Assembly: GCA_038496445.1 (NCBI GenBank)
Contig: JALMLS010000525.1
Coordinates: 62,001 to 126,000, forward strand
From: Trichosphaerium sp. ATCC 40318
Taxonomy: Eukaryota > Protista > Tubulinea
DNA: 64,000 nucleotides
Direction: 5' to 3'
Of this stretch, positions 38,261-50,261 are shown piece by piece; the first letter of the stretch is position 1, and each line of letters opens with the position of its first letter. The position numbers and the translations under genes are program-made. Under the pieces are notes generated by a model that worked only from the letters and a program-made list of their open reading frames with translations, was not told the origin of the DNA and made no database searches.

Positions 38261-39449
38261 TCAAAGTTTCGGTGCGCTAGCTTTGGCGAACATTTTAGGC
38301 TCGCGAAAAGCCAACAGCCCTTTACCAGGTACGAAATTAACTTCCAGTCTTATCCCATCTGGGTCTTCCCATAATACTGAATAGTACCCTGGAGCGAAGT
38401 TTCCTAAGAGACACAATCAATAACAAAAAAATCTCAGTGTACAACAAAAGAATTTAAACAAACAAACAAAAAAACCGTTTCGAGGGCACGTGATTTTGGT
38501 GTAGAAAAAAAGGGTTGTCACGTGTGGTGCTATAAAAAAAGCTCATAACAGTTCGGAAACAGCGAGAGAACTGTAGGACATGTTGAGGAACACGTCAAGT
38601 GCCTCTACGTATTTTTTGAAACTAATTGGTTGTTTATGTACTTCTGTGATGGCTTCAATTGAATGTTTCAAAAAAACAACCACACAAGTCCGTAACAAAA
38701 TAAAAATTTTCTAATCTCGTAATTTCAAACAACTAACAAGAAAATGCAAACGTTTCTCTGTACCTTCTTTGGGCTCATGTACAATAGTAGCATTGAGTTC
38801 ATCAACAAGAAATCTGTGTATAGAATCTACTGCTTCTCTACTGCGTACCCTCCAACATACATGATGTAGGCCAACGCGCCGTTGTATGAACCGACTATTA
38901 GCGTATGTGTTGTCAGCTAAGAATTATGAGACGGTTTTATTTGCACTACCAACTTGGTGGTTGGCCTTGTAAAGTACCCAGAAATTAAACCTAGAAGGCA
39001 AGGAAGTATCCCCAGCCTCAACTCTCCACGCCCCAATTTGTGCGACCGCTATTTGGGTATATTGCTAGGGCTGTCCTTATAGGCCATAGAGATGACGCAG
39101 GGGATATATTTCAAGCCAATGTAACCACGCAAATTCAAAAACTCCAGAATGTGTCACAAAATGTGAAAGTTTTTGTTTGTTTGACAAGAGGTACCTCTTG
39201 TAATGCCTATAGCTGTACGTCCACCAACAAAATAAAGATAATCTTGGCCTTTATGGTCGATACCAGGGTCAAATACGCACGTTAATCCAAAAAAGTTTAA
39301 CAGCTTCTAAAAAAATATTTTGGCATTAATTTGGTCTTATTAGAGTGTTTGCGTGCTTTGTAATAAGGGTATGCTTTTTCCCAGTTGCTGACAGTAAGGA
39401 TCGTATGCGCTACGCCATTTATAATTGCTGGTCGTTTTGTAGTGGCCAT
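38261..39449 (-). CDS. VOC/glyoxalase-family protein of bacterial type ending in the PTS1-like tripeptide PKL
   Basis: INGVAHTILTVSNWE, YFVGGRTAIGI, VGLHHVCWRVRSREAVD, APGYYSVLWEDPDGIRLEVNFVPGKG, KASAPKL*. 4 exons; the first intron is GC-AG. Confidence 0.88.
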
Positions 39450-39768
39450 GTCAAGAGTGCTTGTGATGATTGTAAAGCGAAATGATCGCCCTACCTGTTT
39501 GTCGTTCCCTTCTTTATTTTTTTTAACAGATCCTGTACTCGTACCGCGTGGCAGAGCACACAGATCACTAATGGTGTGCGTGTCAACTTAACAAGTAGAA
39601 TTCTACCGAAAATAAATTGTCTATAACGCGCGACTGTCCTATCGACCTACTAGCTAATATGCGTTTGTGACTCGACGGCTGACACCTCAATTTCAGTAAG
39701 TTGAGGTATTAAGTCAGTGTTTCTAATTTGCCCTTTTACTACAAGCTCTACGGTACTAAGGAGCCGCC

Positions 39769-42700
39769 ATGGCACAGTCCGTCACATATATGACGAATTT
39801 AAAGCAAATATTGCATGGGATGCGCGTATTTACCGATCGTTTGGCGGACCGAGGTAAATTTAGTGCTGTGGTTGAGTTAATTACGATTTAGGTATCTCTA
39901 AGCGCGTTCTTGCTCTTTGTGCTACGCTTGTCGCTTCTGGGTCGATATTTGCGGTCTACAAGCGCCGGTACGTATTTTAAAGCTCTCGGTAGACGAAAAC
40001 CCATTTCACTACATCTTTATCTCAAAGTAGCCGAATCAACGCAGCGACCGCTGAAAAAGCTCGCCGAAACCTTAAATTTACTATGCGGATACTTATAGCT
40101 GCTCAGGCAATTCGAGCAACAAAAACTCGCCCGAGATTCGGTTGTTACCACTACAAAATCAAGAAAAAGACCAAGGGTAGCAGTTGATGGTATTTTTGTA
40201 CGCCGAATGTGGCGTATACTTAAAATAATAATACCATCCTTCTACTCGAAAGAGTTTATGCATTTGCTTGTTCTCACAGGCTTACTCATATGCAGAACAA
40301 TTCTAAGGTACGCAACCAAACAAAAAAAAACCACGCAACGTAAAAAAGCGCTTTTAAGCGCAAAAGCACGTTATTTTATCTTATAAACACGTTAATACGT
40401 ATCACAAACAGTTTTAAAAGTAGGAAATATTTATTTCCTTTTTTGCGCTCTTGTGGTTTTTTTATCGTTGACGCCGACACCTTGAAACTAATTGCAATTT
40501 AAATAGTATTAAAGTGGCTGATATAACTGGATTGAACGCACAATACATTGTACAAAGGCGCTTAAGCGATATTATTATGGGTATAGTTCAATTCGGTCTC
40601 ATGGGTACGTTTTTGATGATATGTATTTATAATACAAAACGCATAACCTGAACGCGTCAAAAAAGGGTTCTACTTCCGAATTTGTGGACATAGTTTTTTA
40701 TTTGGAGTTGACGTTAACGCTTTTTTTTTTCGTTAGGTATTCCAGCGTCTATTGTGAACTCTGGTCTTAAATACGAAACATCGCTATTGTCGCTTTATTT
40801 TCGTAAACGGTTGAGTGCTACCGTAGAAGAGCAATACCTTGATGGCGTTAGTTTTTATAAGGCATCTAATATCGGCGAAAACAAGATAGATAATGCGTAA
40901 GAACTCTTGACATTTTATATTGTTTTTTTTTTTTGAAGTTTCAGAGGAGCAAAGTTTCTGATATTTTGATAGTGATCAGCGCATCACTAGAGATGTTGAG
41001 ACTTTCTGTCAGTCTTTGGCAGATTTATATACAACTATTTTCAAGCCAGGACTTGATGTTATCTTATACTCTTACAAGCTAGGCACAGTTCTTGGCGCAA
41101 AAGGTAAAAATCTTTTTTTGGATTATTTGTCAACGTTCTATCTTATTTGTGGCTCATCTAATTTAGGACCAATGCTTATTTTTGCATACTTTATTGCCTC
41201 TGGTTTATTAAAACGCGTTCTAATGCCTCCTTTTGGAAAAGTACGTACTAGCTATAAGTTTTCCAATAGTTTTTTTTTGGATGTTTTGATTTATCTTGAG
41301 TTGCCTTGCACTAATTATTCATGGCTTTTTTAGTTGAGCGCGCGTCAATCAGAATTAGAAGGTGATTATAGAATGGCCCATCAAAGGCTAATAACAAACT
41401 CTGAAGAGGTCGCTTTTTACGACGGTGAGCTTCAGTTTTTTTTTTGCAGTTTTTTTTTGTACTTCTTTTGGCTATTTCATTGCTTATTTGGTATCTAGGT
41501 GCTGAAACTGAAAAGAGTATAATATCTCGCTTATTCCATGCTATATTCTCTAACAGTAGCTACCTTTACTACTTAAAAGCAATGATGGGAGTGTTCGATG
41601 AATTCTTGCTCAAGTATGGTACATCCATCACTGGATACGTCATATTATCTCTCCCAGTACTAGAAGTATGCCTTTTTGAATAACTTGAATATTACAACCG
41701 CTTACAGAGAGTGTTTTTAGGGAAAGGTTGGGTTGAAGAGCGCCGCTGAACTTACAAGAGACTACGTCAGCAACAGACAGCTCCTTATCAACCTCGCCAA
41801 GGGTATTGCACAGCTTGTTGTATTGTCCAACAAAGGTATGTATTCATTTGGCTAAAGCGTGAGAGTAGTATCTAACGATGTTGTAGTGACATCTCTTGCT
41901 GGTTTGACAGCTAGAGTTGCTGAGTTATTAGAAATGGTCAAAGTCTTAAAATTGTCCGGTTCAAAACCTTTCAAAGTTGTTGATGAAGCAGCAAGAAAGA
42001 AGGATGATGATAGAGAAGATTTCACGACAAGCAGCGATAGACACGCTGCTCTACAGATATGGCTTGAGGCATGTCATTTCACACTATTTTTTAACTTTTC
42101 TACATTTGGTTTTTGTGTCTTCTCTTGTACAAGTATTCTTGTCTGTTTAAAGGCGTGTGTTATAGTACTTATAGTTTATGTAGGAATGGCGCCAACGTGG
42201 TGCTGATATTCGTACAAAATACGAAAAGAAATCGAAGCCAATTCAAAACTTTAACAATCTTGGAGGAAAGTTCGTTGAAGGTGAAAGTATCATCTTCACT
42301 GATGTTTCTATTGTCAATCCAGATGGTAGATTGCTCGTTAAAGGTGCGCATATTTAATATATTAATGCTGTACACGTGCTCACATAAGAGTTAGACTTGA
42401 ACTTTGAGATCAATCCTGGTACGAACGTTATGGTTTCTGGTCCAAACGGTAGTGGAAAAAGTTCCCTTTTCCGCATCTTGGGCGAACTCTGGCCACTTCA
42501 TAGTGGTGTTGTTGTCAAACCGCGAAAGTTTGATATTCTATTTGTTCCTCAGAAGGCACGTTGGTATAATTTTTGGCGGCTCAGTCATGAATCAATTTAT
42601 TGATGCATAATCTGGCTTTTTATTTTTGCTTATTTTATTTGCAGCCATACTTGGTTCTTGGTACCTTGAGAGACCAGATTATCTACCCACATTCCCATGA

Positions 42701-43345
42701 GGAGATGCTACAGAATGGTGTCACTGATGAAGACTTGGCACACCTCCTAGAGCTTGTTGGTACGACTAACGCTCAGATGTCTTTTTTTTTTTTGAGTTCT
42801 TTTGTTACTGTTGTTTGTATTAACTTTTGTTTTTGCCTAGATCCACACAGCACTATTATGCATCAATGGGGCTGGGATGAAGTAAAGGATTGGTTCAACG
42901 CTTTCAGTGGTGGACAGAAGCAACGTGTAGCTATGGCACGTGTTTATTATCACAGGCCACGTTATGCTGTACTTGATGAGTGTACATCTGCTGTCAGTTC
43001 TGAAGTAGAAGGTAATTTATCAATTTTTCCTAGTGTCTTTTCATATCCATCTTTTTTTATGGACAAGGACAAGAATTCTCATTATTTTCTTGTTCTTTTT
43101 TTTTTTGATTAATTTCTGTTCACCTATTACTTTCTTGTTTTTGAGCATGTTGTTTTTATGATGACTTATGAATATTTTTAGGCGCTATTTATGAAACTTG
43201 TAAGCAAGTAGGTATTACACTATTTACAGTATCTCATCGTAAATACTTGCGTAAATTCCATGACTACGAACTTTACTTTGATGGTTATGGTGGATGGGAG
43301 TGGAATAAACTTATTCCTGGTTCTCAAGAATCTCCAAGAATGTAA
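39769..43345 (+). CDS. Peroxisomal ABC transporter, subfamily D (PMP70/ALDP-like half transporter)
   Basis: [49 protein letters not shown] (EAA motif), Walker [35 protein letters not shown]. Confidence 0.95.
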
Positions 43346-43829
43346 AAACCCTCTAAAACAAAAACAAATCAGAAAATTCGTTATCATTGGTAAATAAACT
43401 AATTATTTTAAATATATCTTTCTCTTTTATCAGCGCGATTGGTTGGTTTTACTGCTGTGGTTGAATTCTGCTTCTCTCATGCATTCACCAGTTATTGCGA
43501 CTAGCCCTTTACTCAACAAGCAAGCCAAAAAGTAGGCCATTAGGATAAACCATGACTACGAACTTTGATGGTTGAGGCTAAAAGCAAAACGTGGTTTGAG
43601 GTACTATTGAGACTGACTACTGAAAGAAATGTACAAGACTTTTAAAAAAAAAGTATATTAAAGGCTATGTTACAATTACTTTACAAGACGTGATATTACT
43701 AGTTTTCACAAAGACAGCAACAATCAGTCGTATCTAATTACTGCTGTCTTGATGGATTGAAAGCGATTTTTAGAAACAAAAGAAGAATTACAAGAGGGTC
43801 AGATCCAAAGAGGGAGGGTGTACTTTGAC

Positions 43830-46800
43830 TTAGCGAGATGGAGTCAATGAAGTTTTTGATCTTTTCTTCTTTGACAGCCTTTTCGACATGTCTTCTAGAA
43901 ATCTATATCTAGTACGCTTGAATTTACTATAGAATACAGGTGCTGTAAGAGTAGCACGTTCTGCATTTACAACTAGAACACAATAATATCAGAATCACGT
44001 GTGACATAAACATAAATCTAATAATAAAAAAATCACAAAAAAAAAAAGTACGAACGTTTTGTCAAAAGGAAATCTCTAAACGCTTCGCCATGCATAAAAG
44101 TTGAAGGAGAAGGTAACTGAGGTCCAAAAGGAGGTACATTATTCTTGCGTGCAAATTGAACTCTGTAGGGTTAGGATGTTAGAGAAAATAGGCTTACAGT
44201 GTTGTGGATATACTTACTTGTAGCAAGGTTCTTTGGTAGGGTCATCACAACTTACTGGTTGTACTATGCACAACACGTGGTTGAAATGAGAATTAATAGT
44301 AGATGGATCATAGACATCATCTTCTCCCTATTGGATGAGTAAATAAACAGGAAACAAGTGGAGGAAGAGTAAAAAGAAAGTAACAGTCGGTAGTACCTCT
44401 AAAAATACAATAACCACAACATCATTACCAAGATGACGTTTTTTCTCAATCTGTTGTAAATCATCTTCTGTACTAGGTAGCTGCGTTGATGCATGAAACA
44501 TTATTTCAAGCCCTTGCCAACATGTGAATGTACTATGCTGACCTGTGCGGTCATCTAAAGAAATAAGATTTAGCAAAAAGAATACGAAACAATAATAAAA
44601 AGCAATGTGTGCTTGAAGCGTACTTGTTGTATCTAAACCGCCAGAGTATCCTTTAAATCCCTTGATATAATATTAGATATACCAATACATTATCTAGTAG
44701 TACCTTTAAAGTAACTCTGTCACCAATAAGAGACAAAAACGTTGCAAAAGCAACACTTGGTTTGTCATTAGAGAACATATCATTCTCGTCAGTCTGTCCC
44801 GATTTAGCGTATAGTACACCAAACTTATAACGTTCAAGCTCCTAAATAAATATAAATTAATAATAAAATAAAATCAACAACAAAACTTTATGCACGTGAA
44901 GTGAATGAACGAAAAAAAGGTTTCGTTTTCTTTAATTTTGTTTAGCTCTTTCTTAAACTTACCGACGCAAATTGGTTCTCGTAGTTAATAAGTTCATCTA
45001 CTAGAGTAGGATCTTTGCACGTATGTACAGAAGTTATCTTTAAATCTGGCTTGGCGGCCTGGGTCAAGATGTAAGATTCAAAAGGGGTTTTTTTTTTTAA
45101 ACGCATTTACCTCAAGTAATGATTTCACATTCTTTTTAAGTGCTCCATGAGGCAAGTCCTCATAGTTTTTTCTTATGTACTCACATCCTGCAGCTGTACG
45201 TATCAAAATGTGAACTATTTTATCAGTCGTGTCTTTAAACACTGAAGCAACAACAGGTCTATTTAAAATGTCAGACACGAACTTGAGAATTGTATTATTG
45301 GCCAAAAAGATGGCAAAAAGAAAAGAAGACATTGCCATGGATTTTTAACGTACCCAGCGTGCTCATCTGTGCAAATATAGTTTATATGCTCTATGTAAAT
45401 GGTTAATAACGTATATGGATAGAGTATAAGCCTCACCTCTAGTACAAAATTCGTTCCGATAGTAACGTTCTAGTTTTTCTTTGCGTTCCAAGCAATAAAA
45501 CGAAGGTCTGTGAATACCAACTGTATTTTCTTCGCGTATCCAATCGTAATGGTCAGATATAAGATTTTCTACAACACTTCATAAGCGAAAAACGCCACAA
45601 ATGACTTGGGATGTCAAATAAAAACAACAGGTTTTTGTGACAGTTTTGATATATTGAACACACAAAAAAGTACGTACTGTCACAGCCTTCGGGTATTGCC
45701 TCAGGAAATGGTCTTGGTGCCTCTGTACGTCTTGGCTGAGCTATATTGGCACAAGATACTGACTGCCTTAGATAGTACGTCTAAAGAACATGAGTGATTC
45801 CATTTGATAAATTGTCTTTTCAATCAAAAATATCTTGAGTACAAAAATTACCTTATCAGATATTGGAGGCCACTTGGCGTTATCTGGTATCATCACAGCA
45901 TTAAATTTACGTCTTAAAGTGGACATTGCTGATTTTATTGTATCTTTTCTATGTCTATGTATGAGCATTGTACGCTATATGTGAATACACGCAATTTTGG
46001 CCACTGCAACACGCAGCTGCTGGAAAGAAAAAAAAAAACCCAAGAAAGCTGCTGACTTTTTTTTTGGGCCAAAATTCGTTTTCTGAAAGGCAGGCTGAAT
46101 GATTTGTCCAAAATTGCTTCAAACATTACGTACGATTCTTTACTACGCGCAGTCTTACATTTCCGTGTAATCTTTTCTGTCTTTGGCGTTGGCTTAAAAC
46201 GCATACTCGTTGATTTTCGGGGTGGTTTCTCGCTAGAAAAACAGTTATACAGGTGCTAGAGCGTAATACAACGCGAATGCGAGTGCATTTCATCGCAAGT
46301 AAAGGTTACAAAAGAAATCAAAAATAGAGATTGAAAATGTTAAAATTCTTTCTTACCCGTTTATCCTGCGTTTACGCTTTGCGCGTGATGGTGTGGCAAC
46401 TCTCTTTGGGCTGAAATCTTCTTTCACGAAAGCATCGACTGAATCTTGCGATTTTGAGAAGCGTGGGTCAGTTCTAATTGTTATTAGCGATGTTTGATGA
46501 GATGCAGACGATATTGAGCAGAAATGGGAAAAAGCGAACAATTTCTTCCTTATTAACTGCGTAATCGCTCGCGATGCGTTTTAATTGGTTTCGTACCGTT
46601 TTAGAATACCAACACGAGCTTGGCGCAAAGTTCGTGATGGCGAGCCGTTATCATTTGATAATAGCCTCCGGTGGCGTTGTTTAGATAGTTTCATACGTTT
46701 TGATGGTGATGGAGACAATTCTGGGCGAGGAAGCTCCCGCAACATACTTCGCTTACGTTTAGGCGATGTAACGCGCTTAGGGCTTGTGGCGGTGTCACCG

Positions 46801-46907
46801 CTAGTTGCAAGATTCCTCAAACTGGCATCTTCGTGTATCAAACTACGCCTGCGTGGCGTACCAGCGAAACGGTTAACTCTATTCTCCTTTGTTCCTTCCG
46901 CCAACAT
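43830..46907 (-). CDS. Rap/Ran GTPase-activating protein (RapGAP domain) with a basic low-complexity N-terminus
   Basis: YKFGVLYAKSGQTDENDMFSN, GFKGYSGGLD, EIMFHASTQLP, QQIEKKRHLGNDVVVIVF, SHFNHV, VNAERA. Confidence 0.92.
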
Positions 46908-48077
46908 AATACAAGCCGATATTGTTTCGTATTTAGCCGTTGCCAGTAGTTGACCAAGCGGGAAAGTTTGATTTATTTGTTTTGAATTCTGAAAATAGTC
47001 GCAATGTTATGCAGTTTATTGATGGTGGTATTTTTGGATTTCGTCCTACTGTGTGTGTATGTTTTAATGTTATTGAGTTGTTTGATTCACGTGGTGACCT
47101 GTTTCTCAAAAGGAATGTCTAAAAAACTATCACCAAATTAAGGTTCTAGTTTTGGTTTATTTTTGGCTTTTTCTCCGCGTTTCTGCATTTGGTTGCTTTT
47201 TTTCTTGTATTTACCTGAAAGCTCTTTGAAATGATTGTGTTGTCGATCATGTTTTACAACTTACTTTTCTGATAAAGCAAAAGTGTGTTCTGTTTTAAGA
47301 ACTTTTTGTTTTGCTTTTTTTTTGGCATCAAAAAAACACTGTAGGCTTCCTTTCTGAACCTACAAAACAAGTTGATATATAAGGATGATTATATAAACTA
47401 CCCGCGACGGTTGGTTTTCGTGACGACACAATCTTGCCTATTTTAGATGTCATGAAAGGCTGAAAAAAAAGTTGGTCTAACAAACTATTGATGTATATCT
47501 AGTACAACACCAAACGTTTGTGTAACGGCTATACCTACTTTGTAAAAAAGAATACTATGTTGACTATTCGGGATGTCTTACAAACTAGTATCATCATGTT
47601 GTTTTTTACTTTCTAACTAGTACACGTATCAAGGGTTTTCAGGGAAATAACGGTATTCTATTTTGGCGTTAACCCTTAAACTCCCAGTTTGTAGTAACTG
47701 ACTTTCTGTTCTTATGCTCATGTTACTGCATGAGGGTATACTCATGGTAAAACTTACAGAGTTGTAAAAGGCTACCTATGTTCACAAACCGTCCCGAAAA
47801 ATCAGGCTTTCTAACACAAAATAGCTTTATTTTAGGTCAAATCCCAGACTCTGTTGATTGCTGTGTTAACTTATATACGTTCCTACCTTTGTATCACTTA
47901 CTGAGATACGATATGCTGTTGAGGCTATTACATCACCTTTATTTGTGAAGGAGTAAGGTGCTTGCTAGCACAAAATCGAAGAACATTACAAAACTTGACG
48001 TTGCTAATATCACTTTGGTATCGTATGTAAACCTTAATATATGGTTGTACATCTAAATGATGACACTCTATCTTATT

Positions 48078-49996
48078 TATGAGCGCAGAAACGAAATAGC
48101 GTAAATCAGTTCATTGAAAAGAATTATAAAGTTTATTTGGAACTAAACCGTTTCTAGTAATTTTCTTGATAAAACTATGAACGTACCAAACAATCAAATC
48201 ATAGAAACAAACGTACAAGCAACCACAACAGCTTGAACAAAGAAAACAAACAAACCCCTCGTCTCAACTTAAAAACGTGCATGTCAAAGAACAAGAACAA
48301 CAACGATAAAACTCACATTAATCTCGTTGTAATTGGTCATGTCGATGCAGGTAAATCAACAACATGCGGTCACTTGATCTTCAAATGTGGTGGTGTCGAC
48401 AAGAGGAGAATGCAATTGTTGGAACAAAAGGCTGAAGAAAAGGGCATGAAGTCATTTGCTTACGCTTTCGTCATGGACAACACTGAAGAAGAACAATCTC
48501 GTGGAGTCACAATCAAAACAACAACCAAGCAATTCTTCACGAACAACTACCACGTAAGTCACTTTTGATTAATTACAGCGCCTCTGGAACCTTTTTTCTG
48601 ACTTGTTGCTTAGTTTACGATCATTGATGCTCCTGGGCACCAAGATTTCATCAAGAATATGATCACTGGTACCTCCCAAGCCGACTCGGCATTGCTTGTC
48701 GTGCCAGCAACAAAGGGAGAGTTCGAAACTTCCATCTCTACCAATGGACAAACTCGCCAACATGCTTTGCTCGCTTACACTCTTGGTGTCAAGCAATTGA
48801 TTGTTGGTGTAAACAAGATGGACGCAAAGACTGTCAACTACGCTGAATCCAGATACAAGGAAATTGTCGCTGAAGTCTCAGCCTTTTTGAAAAAGTACGT
48901 TCAACAACATTGAGTTTTTTTTTATCCACTAACCTTTTGCGCAGGATTGGGTTCAACATTAAGCGTGTTCCTTTCGTTCCTATCTCTGGATTCGCTGGCG
49001 ATAACATGACGGAGAAATCAAGCAACATGTCATGGTGGAAGGGCCCAACATTGCTCGAAGCACTTGACAACTTGAAGCCTCCAAAGCGTCCTACAAACAA
49101 GCCATTGAGAATGCCAATTCAAAGTGTCTACAAAATCAACGGTGTCGGTACTGTTGTCGCTGGGCGCATCGAAGCAGGTCTTATCAAAGTCGGCCAAAAG
49201 GTGAAACTCGCACCGTCTGGTTTAACGGCTGAAGTGAGATCTATCGAGATGCACCATACCCAGATGACGCAGGCTGGTCCTGGTGACAATGTAGGTGTAA
49301 ACTTGAGAGGTGTCTCTGTAAAGCAAGTAGAACGTGGTACAGTCATTGGTGAGATTGGTGCTTCGGTACCTCTTGCTGAAGTGACTGAATTCGTTGCTCA
49401 AATCATCATCATGCACCACCCAAAGAAGATCTTTGCTGGATACAGCCCGGTCCTTGGTAAGTTTTCTTTTTAGCTTTCTCTGTTTTAATACTTATGTTTC
49501 TTCTTTTCTAGACATTCACACTGCTCATATTGCGTGCCGCTTTGCCGAACTCTTGACAAAGCTTGATCGCAAGACGAACGAAGTGACAGAAAAGAACCCT
49601 GCTTATCTCAAAAAAGGAGACTCTGCAATGGTGCGCTTGATTCCTACCAAGCCACTTTGTTGTGAAGCCTTCAAAGATATGCCTCCTCTTGGTCGTTTTG
49701 CAATCCGCGATATGAACAAGGTACCTTTTCTTTAGTTTAACTACTCACATCGCTGTTCCTTCACGTGCTTACTTTTTATGTCTAGACTGTGGCTGTAGGT
49801 GTCATCAAATCAGTTACCAAGAAGGTTCAAGATGCTTGAAAAACAATGAGCTTTTTGCTTTGGATCGTGTTCCTCAAAGCAAAACAACAAATCAAATAAA
49901 ATCCTTTTTTTTAGACCCTTAAACACTCTATTGGTTCTTTGTTCAACTGTCACTTACTCAACCTTGTAATATTGTCTACAATACTGCTTGTAACAC
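48078..49996 (+). repeat. Right arm of the ~1.9 kb inverted segmental duplication (partner 17035-18968)
   Basis: Near-identical reverse complement of 17035-18968. Confidence 0.95.
48281..49839 (+). CDS. Divergent elongation factor 1-alpha-family GTPase, copy B (5 exons)
   Basis: Same model as copy A; visible protein difference QSVYKI vs QNVFKI; stop is TGA rather than TAA. Confidence 0.92.
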
Positions 49997-50261
49997 GTGT
50001 AAAAGCAAGTGCTAACAATCCCTGTAAAACATGTTCTAAAAGTTGTTGGCTGTTGCAGAACCTAGTAAACGCACACAATATTATCACTTTGATTTTATTA
50101 TTAAATACATTTTTGTACATTATCCTTTTGTATCACCTCGTATGCGTTATAACACCGTGGTGGTAATTTTTTTTGAGCAAAGATTATTGTTTATCTGATC
50201 AGCATAAAATTTGCTCTACATCTAGCTTTGACGCTGTGGTTCGTTGAAAGACTTGATTGAT

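Noticed and set aside
39729-39742. gcccttttactac resembling U5 snRNA loop 1
   Set aside because: Not an exact GCCTTTTAC match, no flanking stem or Sm site, and it lies in the ABCD 5' leader.
43334-43345. ABCD C-terminal PRM as a PTS1
   Set aside because: Peroxisomal membrane proteins use PEX19-dependent signals; probably coincidental.
17035-49996. Inverted repeats as the termini of a giant transposon or endogenous virus
   Set aside because: The arms are a host gene with introns, the interior holds ordinary intron-rich genes, and no transposase, integrase, polymerase, capsid or target-site duplication was seen.
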